Shown here piece by piece: positions 1 to 12,919 of a stretch of 64,000 bases of DNA. The translations under genes and the position numbers were made by a program. This stretch comes from Gekko japonicus (lineage: Eukaryota): assembly GCF_001447785.1 (NCBI RefSeq), contig NW_015160837.1, forward strand, positions 199,415 through 263,414, given 5' to 3'. Positions within the stretch are counted from its first letter, which is position 1. The number at the start of each line of letters is the position of its first letter. The notes beneath the pieces were generated by a model. The model saw only the letters and a list, made by a program, of their open reading frames with translations. It was not told where the DNA came from and did no database searches.

Positions 1-365
1 AAAATGTCTCGGCTAGAATTGCAAACAGCTGAATGTGGAGTATTTTCTGCGAGACTGAAACAGCTTGCTTGGCACTACAAAAAATGTGAGTGATTCAGGA
101 TGTGGCAGAATATGCCTGCTCTGGCCTGCAGGCCCTGTTTTGCCCTGTCCTCCTGGGGGTTATGAACTCCCTGGACTTTTCTTCTACTCTCAGGGTAGCT
201 TGCCACCATCACCTGATCATTGCAGGGATTTCCCACTGGGACGATCAGGACTCCCAGCTTCCCTTCCAAGTTCAGAGGCCTGGTCATTGCGAGGACAGAT
301 TACTGCCTTGGACGCCCTTGGAGGAATTGCCGCTTGCCAACTGCCTGCCTTCCCCCTGGCCCCCC

Positions 366-1579
366 CTCTTCAGATAGTGTGTTCGAGATGGTGGTCTGTG
401 AGGTACAGCGTCAAAAGTTATAAAGTATTTATTTAAAAAGAAAATGTTTATAAGCATACTTTTAGCACAACACCAGACCGAGAAAGAAATACAAAGATAT
501 TGACCAAGATGCAAATTCTCTGTTCCTTTCTCTATATATGCCCTTTATATATGCCCTATCAGCTGTTAAAATTTAGGGCAGGCTCTTTTAACTTAGATGT
601 TCTAGTTTTCTATAAAGTTACCAATACATTGAAGCTCCCTTCAGCTCTCTAGGCGAGCATGTGGTTAAAACGGCTGCCTGTTCCAGAGCTCAGCTCAGAG
701 TTCTCCTGAGTACAGCATCCCAGAGAAAGAACCTTTCCTCTTGAAAGGATTTATCACATATGTTTTCCCTCTCACTTGATCCAGTCAGCCCAGGTCAGAG
801 AAGCATTTCCTCCAGCCCCTTCCTGGAGATTATTCCTGAAGCTGTTCTAGCCTACAGCCCTCCAAACTCTGTTCCTTACCTGGAGAAGGGGGAAGCTTGA
901 CCAACCCATTAGCATTTCCCTCCATGGTTGTAATTGGAAGACTTGGCTGGTATCAACAAGCTCTGCCAGCTTCTCTTCAGATAGTGTGTTCGAGATGGTG
1001 GTCTGTGAGGTACAGCGTCAAAAGTTATAAAGTATTTATTTAAAAAGAAAATGTTTATAAGCATACTTTTAGCACAACACCAGACCGAGAAAGAAATACA
1101 AAGATATTGACCAAGATGCAAATTCTCTGTTCCTTTCTCTATATATGCCCTTTATATATGCCCTATCAGCTGTTAAAATTTAGGGCAGGCTCTTTTAACT
1201 TAGATGTTCTAGTTTTCTATAAAGTTACCAATACATTGAAGCTCCCTTCAGCTCTCTAGGCGAGCATGTGGTTAAAACGGCTGCCTGTTCCAGAGCTCAG
1301 CTCAGAGTTCTCCTGAGTACAGCATCCCAGAGAAAGAACCTTTCCTCTTGAAAGGATTTATCACATATGTTTTCCCTCTCACTTGATCCAGTCAGCCCAG
1401 GTCAGAGAAGCATTTCCTCCAGCCCCTTCCTGGAGATTATTCCTGAAGCTGTTCTAGCCTACAGCCCTCCAAACTCTGTTCCTTACCTGGAGAAGGGGGA
1501 AGCTTGACCAACCCATTAGCATTTCCCTCCATGGTTGTAATTGGAAGACTTGGCTGGTATCAACAAGCTCTGCCAGCTT
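366..1579. repeat. Perfect 607-bp head-to-tail tandem duplication (366-972 and 973-1579)
   Basis: Both copies start CTCTTCAGATAGTGTGTTCG and end CTCTGCCAGCTT at an offset of 607; no mismatch seen by eye; ORFs 284-514 and 909-1121 share the same N-terminal peptide. Confidence 0.95.
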
Positions 1580-3340
1580 GTCCTCACCAATGTTCCCTCT
1601 AAGCTGTGGGGTCTTGTGAGCAAAAATTCTACATTGTGAGCTACTGGCATTAAAGCTGTGAGCGAGCGATTTGGCTACTGCATAAATTAGCTTGCTCTGG
1701 AGCCATCCTTCCTGAGCCAAGACAAAAATGTGTGAGCCGGAGGCTAAAAAACTGTGAGCTAGCTCACACTAACTCAGCTTAGAGGGAACACTGGTCCTCA
1801 CCTGCAACTACTTCAGATTTGGTGAAGATTTATTCCTTCAGATCAGTGGCACACCCGTGGGCACCCTTGTGGCACCACCATATGCCAACGTTTTCATGGC
1901 TAACTTGCAGCAGTGCTTCTTCAGCTCCCATTTATTAACCCCCTGCTTGTCCCTAAGATTTATTGATGACATTTTCATCATTTGGACATATGGGAAATAA
2001 GAGCTGGAGAAATTTCACTAGGTCTTCAACTTCAACCTGACCATGGACCACTCCACGCAAGAAATAACCTTTCTTGACACCACTGTACAAAAACATAATG
2101 GATGCATAAAAACCACCTTATACCAGAAACCTGCTGATGGCCGAATATATCTATGAGCCTCCATTCACCATTGGAAACACACAGAATGATTGGTTGTCTA
2201 CAACCAAGCTCCGTGCTACAACTCCATCTGTACTGATACCTCAGGCAGAGACCTGCAGGATCTACAGTAAACACTCTTGCAATTACAATGCCCACCTAAT
2301 GCCGTAAGGAAACAGATAAGCATAGCTAGAAAGATACCAAGGGATAACTTGCTACAAAATAGGCTCAGATGAAACACCGCTGATGGACGCACAGAACTTT
2401 CAGTTGAAACTGGTTCAATACATCATTAATGACCTACAGCCTATGCTGAACAAATATACTTCTCTCTTACAGGCATTGGGAGGCAAACCTTTTCTTGCTC
2501 AGAGAGAGCATCTTAACCTTAAACAGCTTCTCACCCACAGCAATACTCTTTTAAATGTGGGCATGGTCTCTGGGACCAGGGCCTGCAACAAACCAAGATG
2601 CCAACTCTGTCCCCATAACCACTGTAACAACACGATAACTGGACAACAACAGCATCTTACCATCTCAGGTTCATTGACTCGTTCATCTTCCAAGATTATA
2701 TATGCCATCAAATGACAGCAGTGCCTTTTCACAAACAGGTCCTATGCAGAAAGAATAAAAGGACGTAAACCCAACATTAATGTTTAGTGATAAGTATTGC
2801 TTGAGAATTCCTGTAATGGTTTTGATGAATAATGTATCATTGTTTTATATATTAACCATAGTTACTTTGTTTCTCTTTGTAATTAGTTTGTTGTACTGTT
2901 GGAAGCTGTATTGAAATATTAATAAAATATTAATTTTAAAAAGCCCTACAACTGTAAAAAATAACAGGGGGAGAACATTTTAATCTTCCAGGACATTCCA
3001 TTGCTGACCTAAGAGTGGCAGTCCTCAGACAAAAAAAAAAAAAATCAAGGAGAAATTACAGCACAGGATTGCTGAATTTGAGTTCATTCTCAAGTACAGA
3101 ACAGTAGACCCCTTAGGGCTGAATAGGGACATAGTCTTATCTCACTGCAGATGCTGATTTTCTGCTGCTCTGGAGTATGTATTGTATATAAACATTTTTT
3201 ACTATGCCTTTCCACCCTTCTGACTGTGATAAAGACTCATCTCCATTCCTACTCATTTGACGAAGGGAGCCTTGGCTCTCAGAACCCCATGCCCTGAAAC
3301 TCTAGTTGTTCTCTAAGGTCCTACTGGACACAAGTCTAAC
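1560..3340 (+). mobile_element. Decayed Penelope-like retroelement (RT plus GIY-YIG remnants, terminal repeat)
   Basis: Translatable remnants NYFRFG..LQISGT..APPYANVFMA (PLE RT) and KPRCQLCPH..ISGS..IIYAIK (linker/GIY-YIG); many stops and frameshifts; interrupted by the MITE at 1588-1793. Confidence 0.85.
1588..1793 (+). mobile_element. hAT-type MITE family A (~206 bp), copy 1
   Basis: TIRs CAATGTTCCCTCTAAGCTG / CAGCTTAGAGGGAACACTG; 8-bp TSD GTCCTCAC at 1580-1587 and 1794-1801. Confidence 0.92.
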
Positions 3341-3482
3341 TGCCCCATGCTGATGTTAGTGGTGGTTGTTCACCATCATCACAAACAATTCCTTTAATGG
3401 CATTTCACAAGAGTAAAAACATAATATCTGAGAAATTAAAACAAAAATCAGATTCTGCATAAGATAGGGTGGTTGTTCATAG

Positions 3483-3878
3483 CAGGGGTCATTTCGTAGA
3501 AAAAGAGGTGCAGGAGCTCATTAGCATAACTTATTTGCATATGCCACACCCCCTGACATCACCGAAACTGTGTCAGAAGGCAACACCCACCGCTCAGGCT
3601 CCACTGGACTGTTTTGGATTGCTAGCTATTGGGGGAGGAACATTCTGATCTGTCCTAGCAGAGGAAGGAGAGCTTGTACCTGAATAAAACCTGGTCTTAA
3701 AGGTGCCACTGGACTGTTTTGGGCCGGGGGGGGGGAGCTCTGAAACTTACCTGGCTCTTTCTTGCTCTGACTGAGGGCTGCTGGGAGCAGGGGATGGGGC
3801 TTGTTGCATGTGCCCGCCCCCTGGGCTCTTTACTGCCGGAGCTCCTCTCCTGTGCGCTCCTGCAGGAAATGACCCCTG
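3483..3878 (+). mobile_element. hAT-type MITE family C
   Basis: TIRs CAGGGGTCATTTC / GAAATGACCCCTG; 8-bp TSD GTTCATAG at 3475-3482 and 3879-3886. Confidence 0.9.
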
Positions 3879-5359
3879 GTTCATAGCATGAAAAAGCATA
3901 ATTCATATTGTAATACTAGAGCTCTGTGAGTCATATATCCTGAAAATGGCTTCAGTGGGGTCCTTGCAGTGCCATCCTAAGTGGGTCTACTCAGTGAGGC
4001 TCCCTCCCAGAAAAGTGTTCTTAGGGTTGCCTCATAAGAGCCTCTCGGGCACATTTCTGGATCGTAGTTGAGAGAGAGAGAAACAGTTTTGCACTTCAGC
4101 TATGGGTGTTTTATATCTGGGTTGCTGTTAGCTTTTTGTTGTGATGACAGCCAGAGGTTGTCATCCCTAGAGATCTGTGTAAAATTTCTGGAAACTATGA
4201 AGCCATGGGCATTTTACCTTGATATAATTAAAAACAACAAATTTCTTGATAATAAATTAAGCACATTACAGGATTTTGTTGCCAGAATTAGTCCCATTTA
4301 AACAATAAACATGTCTTTGAAAATGTTGTGTATATCTAGAGAATACATAGGAAATACCATTCTTGCATGGTATAGATTGTCTTATATAACATATTTCATG
4401 CTGTACATTAGGAATGAGGAAAACCTTGTCTTAAAAAGCTTTCCAAAAGAGGGGGGGGGGGGAAATCTATAGGAACTTTTTTCGTTGTTCCCTCAAATTT
4501 CCTGATCATTCCAGGGGGTTAGATTGGGGGGGAAACTCTTGAAGGACCCCTGTCAATCTTTTTCTTGTTTATTTTCAGGCCTTCACATTTGTAGTTGCGT
4601 AATGTATGTACTGTAATACCTGTCATAGCACTAAAAAAATTACAAGTCATCAGTTGGCATTGTCATTCCCATTTTAGTTATAGCAGTTGGTAACATTTTT
4701 GAATTTAGACAAAATTTCTGTATTTATTAATGTAGAATTGTTTCGTTTTGGCAAAGTTCCATTTAGTCCAGCATTCCTTTTTAAATGACAGCTAGACAGA
4801 TGTCTCTGGGAGCTCAGAAGTGTGATATGAAGTTGATGGCCATAAGCTGTTGTTTATCCCCAGCATCTGGTACTTGGAGAGATACTGAACACAGCCCATA
4901 AGGACTCAAAATGTGTTCTTTTTTAATTAAACCTCAGGATGTCGAATCGTGCACCAAATGTCTGTACTGTTACCAAAGATGAATCTTTTAAAAAAATGTT
5001 ACCAAAAGTCCAACATACCATGTTTCAGAATAATATATACAATCTGATGTGTTGACCATATCTTAACATACCCTAAACTTTTGTTTTCCTATAGTTTTAC
5101 TGTATTCCAATAAACAATAAGAGCTCTCCATCGTTCAATAAATGTCTAATATAAGCATTTTTGACTCTTTGTTGTCTTATCATAGTAATTTTATCAGTGA
5201 GCGCATTAAACCAGCATTTACTTCACCAAGCCTCTGTTAAAGGTATTGTCTTTTGGGTCCAATGCTTTGCTCTTAGTCTTCCTGCCACTTAAATTTCTTA
5301 ACCAATATCAATTTTCCTTGCTTTCTCCCCCCCCCCCCAACCTGTCCTAACAAAATCAG

Positions 5360-8300
5360 ATGAGTGAAGCTGTTGTGGTGGAGGATAGAGGGAGAGATGG
5401 TCTCACAGCTCTGAGGGTCCAGTGCTGTGCAGGGGTTGGTACTTGATAGCCAGAACTTTAAATTGAGCCTGGTAGCTGATGGGCAGCCAGGGGGTGACTG
5501 TAGAATGGGAGTAATATATATATATTATTATTACACTCCATTTGTATACCGCTCACCCCCTAAGGGCTCTGAGCGGTTTACATTACGTTATACAAGACAT
5601 CCTACCTAAGGACTACACATACAATGAACGGGGAGTGACTGACCTAACAGGCACCCTCTGGCGAAGTCTTGTTGTTCTTAGTCTCTCTGCGGGAGGTATT
5701 TTCAATCCGGTGGCGGCGACTTCCTGGCGCAGGACTTCTGGCGTAGATCTTCCTTCAGTCACTTGTGATTCCTCGGGCGAAGGGCACGTCAGTGCGTGCT
5801 CCTGCTGTGGTCTCCGTCCAATAGGCTCCGGCCTGCTGCGTTGCCCCGCCTCCGTGCTCCGTCAGCCCAGCCCTGCTCGCTCGACTCACCATCGCCACCA
5901 TGCTCTCTGCCACCGCCGCTCCACTGCTCCGCCGTTCCGCCACTACACCACTACGAAGGACTATATATATATATATATATAAATAAATAATGTTCCATAG
6001 TAGCTGAACTGTGGCAGTCTGCATCAACTGGAATTTCTGAACTGAATTTAAGGAGAGACCAATGTATAGTGCATTACAGTAGTCTAATCTTGAAGCCACT
6101 ATGGCATAGATCCAGGTGGCCAAATTATCCTTCTCAAGATAAGAGGCCATTTTTCAAGGAGCTGGAAGAAAGCCTTTTTGGCAACTGTATTAATTTGATT
6201 CTCCAGCTGTAATGTTGGGTCCAGTGTAACCTCAAGGCTCATAACTGTTGGCAAAGGTCAGCTGAACCCCATCGAAAGTGGGGAGCATAATGGCCTTCAT
6301 GATCTCCGCCTTCTTGACCAGTATTATTTCTGTCTTTCCCAAGTTTAGTTTTAATTTGTTCTGTCTTTTAACCACAGCAGTCAGGCAGTGATTTAGGACC
6401 TCTACAGCATCACTGGGAGATTTGGGTAAGGGGGGGGGAGAGCTGTATATCATCTGCATATTGACGGCCAATCTCAAAACTATTAATGATTTGGTCTAAG
6501 GGTTTACATAAAGATTGAAAAGCATGGAGGATAGGATTGTGCCCTGTGGGGACCCCCAGGATAGGTCCCACAATCTCCAATGGCAATTCTTTGAGTTTGG
6601 TCTGTGAGGAATGATTTGAACTAGTCCAATTAAGCGTGTACCCGCCAGAAGTCTTCAGTTCTAACACAGTGACTTTCTGGATCTTGCATACATGTCCATA
6701 CAGTTAGCACTGCCAAGAGAGAGTTGTTGAGTGTAACTGGACTGGGGGTCTGACACCAATGCACCATCCCTGATGCCACCTTCTGCCTCCTGGCACCTCA
6801 ACAAGATGGCATGGTCCACTGTGTCAAAGGCAGCACATAAATCCAGTAGGAGCAATAGGGAGGTCTGACCTTTGTCTGCATTTAGATGGACATAATCAAC
6901 TAAAGCCAACAGAGCTATTTCCATCCCATAGCCCGGTCTGAAACAGACTGAAAAGGGTCTAGAGCAGATGAGTTATCTAAGAATACCTGGATTTGGTCTG
7001 CTTTCACTTTCTCAATCACTTTGCCTAGGAGGGGCAGATTAGAGACAGGGAGATAATTGGCTACATCGTTTTACTTTATGGAATGGTTTTTAGTAGCAGA
7101 TAAGCACGTCTTTGAGTGGCCTAGAGAAGATGCCCTGAGTTAGTTATTGATTTATAATAGATACTAAGGATATGTTGATGTGGTCTTTGCATGATTTTAG
7201 AAGCTAGGATGAACAAGGATTCAGGGCACAAGTAGTGGCCTTCACAGATCTTAAGAGCTTGGCAACATCTACCATGGGTCAAAGTGGTCCATAAATAAAC
7301 AGGAGATGTAATAGGCAGTTCTTCTGGTGGACCTATGATATTTATTTTATCAGCAGAGGTTTTTTGCAAAAGTATCACAACTAATTATCTGGTCCTGATA
7401 CAATGAAGGTGCAGTTTTAGAAGTCAGCAGGTACTGGCTTGTTACTTTGGGATGGTAATGAATAAGTTGATGACATAGCACCATAGAAGTAAAATTTCTT
7501 TGCTGCTGTCTCTGCCACTTCATAGGTTTTACAGCAAGCTGCACAACATAATCGGTCAGATTCGGTATGAGTTCTTCGCTGGTACTGTTCTAAACGTCTC
7601 CCAACCCTTTTTAGATCACTCAGGCTCCCTGGTTTTGTGTCAAAGTTGGGAGTGGATGTTTATGGGTGACTATCAATAGTTTTGAGTTTCAGATTCCACG
7701 CTTCTACTGCAACCTCAACATAGTACACGCTTGGAATCCTAAAATCCCCTACAGCGTTCTGGAATCCAGTCAGATTCATGAACCTCCATGAGTGTGACGG
7801 TCATTTTAACCAGTCCTCTTGTGGAGTGTTGGAGCCACATTGACCTCAGTTTTGAGTAGGTAATGATCAGACCATGGTTCAGGGCGAGTCTCCATCCATG
7901 AAATCAAACCTTTCCTCAAATATTAACTGAAAAGGATCGGGTTCTCTTTCATATGTTGGGCCAGTCATGGTTTCAAAGAGACCCATGGCAGACAAAAAAG
8001 CTACGAAATCCTGGGCAATCCCTGGTGAGGTATCCTTGGCCTGAATGTTGAAGAACAATGAGCCTGGGTGTTTCCAGTATTGCTCTGAGACAGTGTCTGC
8101 CAGTTCAGACAAGGTGCCCACTACAGAATTAGGCAGCTGGTAAAAAAAGCAGAATGCCTAATCTGTTTTTCGTCCCCAATGTGAGTAGCATACAGTCAAT
8201 GCCAGTGATGGTATTCCCTGGAAGTCTGTGGAAGTTGAAGGACTCACAGAGAATAATGGCCTTGCCTCCTCCCCAGTCAGCTGTGGATGGTTGATGGAGG

Positions 8301-8430
8301 ACTGCATAACCAGGTGGTGTTAGTTGGGACAGACACATCACATTGTTTTCTTCAAACCATATCTCCTTAATGCAGGCCAAGTCAATTTCCTCTTCCTGTA
8401 ACATCTCATACAGTTGTGCGGTTTTGTGCC
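5360..8430 (-). mobile_element. Decayed L2-clade LINE (endonuclease plus reverse transcriptase)
   Basis: Minus-strand ORF fragments DLACIKEIWF..PPGYAVLHQP..GGG (APE endonuclease), LLLLLDLCAAFDTVDHAILL, QYADDIQL, SRLDYCNALYIGL in collinear order with frameshifts. Confidence 0.9.
5524..5961 (-). mobile_element. Young CpG-rich non-autonomous retroposon with L2-type 3' tail, nested in the L2
   Basis: Interrupts the L2 frame, flanked by (TA)n on both sides; minus strand ends GTAAACCGCTCAGAGCCC..GAGCGGTATACAAAT..(AAT)n; CpGs retained. Confidence 0.7.
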
Positions 8431-8933
8431 TTACTTATCTGGTGTGTTACATAGTATACAGGTGGAGGAAATAAGCCCCCTTGCCTCATCAACACTTGGG
8501 AGGGTATGGAGGTTACACAGGCAGTGAGCTTTGCTACAACAAACTGGTCTTGTAGATCCTACACCCATATCTGCTAGCTCCCAACTGCACTGAAATATTA
8601 CATTCATCAGACACCTTGTAGTAGGTAATGAGTGCTCCCCCCCCCAACAATAATAAGCCACCCAAACACCCAACAATCAACATGCTAGTAACTGCACAGA
8701 AACTACTACAACAGAGCCAGGGGTCCATTTGTGGTATGCTCATTTCAGTGTTGTCCAACTGGTGTAGTTCCGTGTCAGTAACTGGTCATGTAACTGGTGA
8801 AACTTTCCAGTAGTGGCAAACCTTCCTCCAGTTGTTGTGTGCCCCAGGCCGGGAGCCTCTTCCAAGAGCTTGTCTTTAAAAATGCACCACAGAAGCCAAT
8901 TACCTTCCAAGATTTAGGTGTTTTACAAAGTAA

Positions 8934-9161
8934 CAGAAGAAGACGACTTGGTTTTTATACCTCATTTTTCTCTACGCTGAGGAGTCTCGGAGCAGCTCCC
9001 TTCCTCTCCCCACAGTAGTCAACCTTGTGAGGTAGGTGGGGCTGAGAGAGGTCTGAGAGAACTGTGACTGACCCAGCAGGATTCATGTGGAGGACTGGGG
9101 AATCAAACCTGGTTCTCGAGATTACAGTTTGTTGCTCTTAACCACTACACAACACTGACTC
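8934..9161 (-). mobile_element. tRNA-derived SINE (Squam3-like)
   Basis: Similar to 18558-18888; minus-strand A box (GTGTAGTGG) and B box (GGTTTGATTCC); (CTT)n tail. Confidence 0.75.
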
Positions 9162-9236
9162 AGTGTGAAGGCTCAGTTGTGAAGATATTAGTAACTAGAA
9201 TTGTCCAGCAGGTGCTGTCCTATGTCAGAGCTGCTC

Positions 9237-9700
9237 TTGGTACCAGAGTTGTTTTTATTAAATATGGTACCACAAAATTACAAAAAAGATGTACATATGA
9301 TTATACATGTAGTAACAATAGCTAGGATATTGTATGCTAAGTATTGGGGAAAAGAAGAAAGCCCAACAAAAGAAGAAGTGATTTATAAACTTTTAGAAGC
9401 AGCAGAAATTGACAATTTAACTTTGCAACTATAAGATAAAAAAGAAGAAACTTTTGGGTAAAAATGGCTGAGGTTATATAAATGGATAGAAAATTATTCT
9501 GGAAGATTGGCGTAATAACTGAAGTAAATATATAAACTAACTGAGGTGCATATGTGCAAGATTCGAGGACACCATGTGAAACTAAACCAGAGACCAGAGT
9601 ATAAGCTCCAATGTATATTTATTGGGGTATGTTGTTCTTTGTTTTGCATTGTTTTTTCTGTTCTTGTTTGTGTTTTCTATTTCTGAAACTAATACAATTG
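9237..9700 (+). mobile_element. L1-clade LINE 3' fragment
   Basis: PELFLLNM..VTIARILYAKYWGKEESPTKEE resembles the ORF2 C-terminus of reptile L1 elements; T-rich 3' UTR follows. Confidence 0.7.
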
Positions 9701-12369
9701 CTTACAAAAGAGCTGCTCTTGGTCTTAAGGTACATAGCTACTGTGTATGTGTTGATGCCACCTATGCTCAATCTCTGGAGAATCAGTGTGCATTGCTAGG
9801 CCAATTGTTTGTGTATGAAAAGTTGTATAGTCACATTAGTCCATGCAAAATCCAAAAACAAAAATGAAATCCATATAATACATATTTTTAGGACAAAACA
9901 AATTGTTCATGTCTCCATTATAGTCATGAGTGCATTCTGTGTAGCTGGCTCAATGAGTACACTGAATTTTTTGTGTAGGGCAATGGCTGGTTTTGATCAT
10001 AGAAAGTGCTGGCTTCCAAAGACTTGACTTCTTGTGATATAGTTACTATTAACTTTTCAATTAACTTTTTAAAAGGTCAGTAATGTTGATGATCTGAGCA
10101 TTTATTGCTCGTTGTTGTTGTTGCTCAGTCGCATAGTCGAGTCCGACTCTTTTTGAGCAACATTGGTGAAAGAGCTTGAACATTTATAGGAGTTGTGCTT
10201 CTGGATGCCTTCTGTTTCAGGTTTTGATCTGGATTTTGAATATGCTGGCAGGATGTGTGTGCGGTTTTGGTTGATTTCCCCCTCCCACTGTAGACACACA
10301 CACCCCGCATTGCACCTAGCGCTGTTCTTGAGATTCTCATGACCCTTGGGGGCAGTGCTTTGTGGTTCTCAGATTGCTATAGTGTTGGGTGCGGGGGCAC
10401 AACTGGAGAATTCTGCTCCATGAGTGGAGCTTGCCAATAATGGGAACCAGCTCGTTGTCTCTGTGTATATATATGAGTCTGGACTTGGATGCATAAGAGA
10501 GAGTGTTTCTGGGCATAGATAGATCTGCTTACTCCTCACCAAAATTTCTCTAGCCAGGTCTTGTTCATTGTTCTTCAGGGAAAGGGTGAGTGATTTTCAA
10601 GAAGGTTTGACAATGACATGTTTTTTGCTCCTTTTTTTTGGCTTACCATTTCCACATTTTTAGTAGATTTCTTTCAAAGACCGAAGGTAAAATTTATGTG
10701 ATCACTAATGAAAGGAATAAAATTCTGCTGCTTTGTCTATAGAACAGGGAAAATGCATTAAAACACCTGTTTTAGATAGTGTCTACAGCAGACTTAAGAG
10801 TTTTTGGTGATTTCTTCCCCATGACCACCTTCGAGGTCAAGGTCGTATTCCTCAGGGCTTGTTACTGTGATAGAGCTGGGTCATAAGAAGCTATTTAGGC
10901 TAGTTCTCACTGGGGTTCTAAACTTGCACCTGGATTGCTCCATTTCTGACTACAGGTGGGTACATTGTTTAAAGTTCTACCATATTTTAAAGACATCCTC
11001 TGCACATAACAAACAAGCATATCTGCGTAAAGGCTATACTAGACCTGTTATTGTCAGCACAAATTTTCTTTCTTCAGAAGATCTGTTGTAGGGAGGAGCA
11101 TTTATTGTAAGGAGTAAACTGCTACTTATGGTCTGAGGTGGTATAACCCAGATTCAGGATTAGCACCTCCTTGATAATTAGGGCTTGGTGTAGTTGACAT
11201 TTATATGAAACTGAGGTGAGAATAAGGTAATGGAGTGCATGGCACCATGGTTTATGTCACCTGGAGAAAGGCTCTTTGCTTACTATGCTGGTTTTCTATT
11301 TTCCTGAAAGTTTTAACATAGCAGCATTTTGAGATATGATACTCCACTTGCAATCTGGAGTGGTACAGCTCATTGTCCTCATTCTCTTATGTGTAAACCA
11401 GACCTAAAGACTGACAGGGAGCTTGGAAAGGTTTCCTGAGTGGAAACAGATGGGAGTAGAAGGACAGTGTTCTTTTAACATCAACTACTGGTCCCATATT
11501 CTTGGTTGCAGTTTGTGCCTTAAGAATAATGCTATTGTTTATTGTCTTCCTGTTTCAGAATTCCCATATATATGTATGAAATCTCCAGATTACATATCCA
11601 GTCTTTCATATGATTGAGTTTGATAGACATTTTAAAAACTCACATGTAGTCAGAGATCTTCATATCTAATGACCAAGCATGCCCTCGATGTGAATCTGAA
11701 TTTTAATTTATTTATTGACGTTATTTATAGTCCTGTCTCATTGAGGCTCAGGATAATTACACCGGGGGTGTCAAAAATATGACCTGTGGGCTGGATCCAG
11801 CCCCTGCGAGGCCCCAATCTGGCCCAAGAGCAATGGGCTTTGTGCAGCTTCCTGCTTCCTGTTAATTACATTGCAGCTCCTTTTGGCCAGTCTCTCCTAG
11901 TTACTGCTTCAGAGGAGAGAAAGAAAGCCTTCCATTGATTGGTTGAGAGCTCCTCCCCCCCTCCCCTAGGGAGGGAGGGGGAAGGAAAAAAGCCAGAGGA
12001 GGGGTGGCATCTTGTGGGTCTTTTAAGAAGACCAGCAATGTTTTATTCCAGGTATAAGCACACTTTTTCTTCAGAGAGAGGGAGGGAGGGAGCCAGAGGA
12101 AGCATGCCAGAAAATGAGAGAGAGAGTCCTGTAAGACCAAAAAACGTTTTCTTCCAGGGATTGCGGGGGAAGAGTCCTCTGTTTAAGACCAAAAAACGTT
12201 CTGTTCCAGGTATGAGGGGAGGGGGGAGGGTCCTGTGTTTAAGACCAAAAAATGTTTTATTCCAGGTATAACAGAGTGCCCATCCCATGACCTTTGGAGA
12301 GATCCCCCTTTCCATTTCTAATAGATTTGGGGGAGGGGGGGAAACCTAACAGCACAACTTGCATTCCTT

Positions 12370-12908
12370 ATCAGTGAAAGGGAGCAAGAGTACCGCAGCA
12401 CCTTAATAACTAACAAAATTTGTGGCAGGGTGTGAGTTTTCATGAATCACTGCCCACTTCTTCAGATACTAAAAATTTGTGGCAGGGTGGGAGTTTTCAT
12501 GAATCACTGCCCACTTCTTCAGATACTGCTGGAATGTGAGTCCATTTGTCCTTATATCTTTGAGATTGAAGTGATTTCAGACGCCAAAAGACAATAGCAG
12601 GCATTGGTAATGAGAGAAGAAACCTAGGTGTCAATTCAGTCCAGGAGTTTGCAGTCTTGAGCTTCATGATCAGTTGCAATTCAGCAGTCTCTCTTTCTAA
12701 TCTCCCTTTGAAATTCCTTTGTAAAACAACTGCTACTCTTAGGTCAGCAGCTGAATGCCCTGGAAGGTTAAAATGTCCCCCCACTGGTTTTTAAATGTTG
12801 TGGTTTCTAATAGTGGTAGAAAGAGTAAGAGGCCAGTAGTACCTTTAAAGACTAACAAAATTGTGGTAGGGTATGTGCTTTTGTGAATCACTGCCACTTC
12901 TTCAGACT
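12370..12908 (-). mobile_element. Penelope-like element 3' fragment with terminal repeats
   Basis: ORF 12497-12784 GGHFNLPGHSAADLRVAVVLQRNFKGRLERETAELQLIMKL is a GIY-YIG C-terminus; the block (T)AACAAAATT..GG.AGGGT..CACTTCTTCAGA occurs on both sides. Confidence 0.88.
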
Positions 12909-12919
12909 TATTTCAGTTT

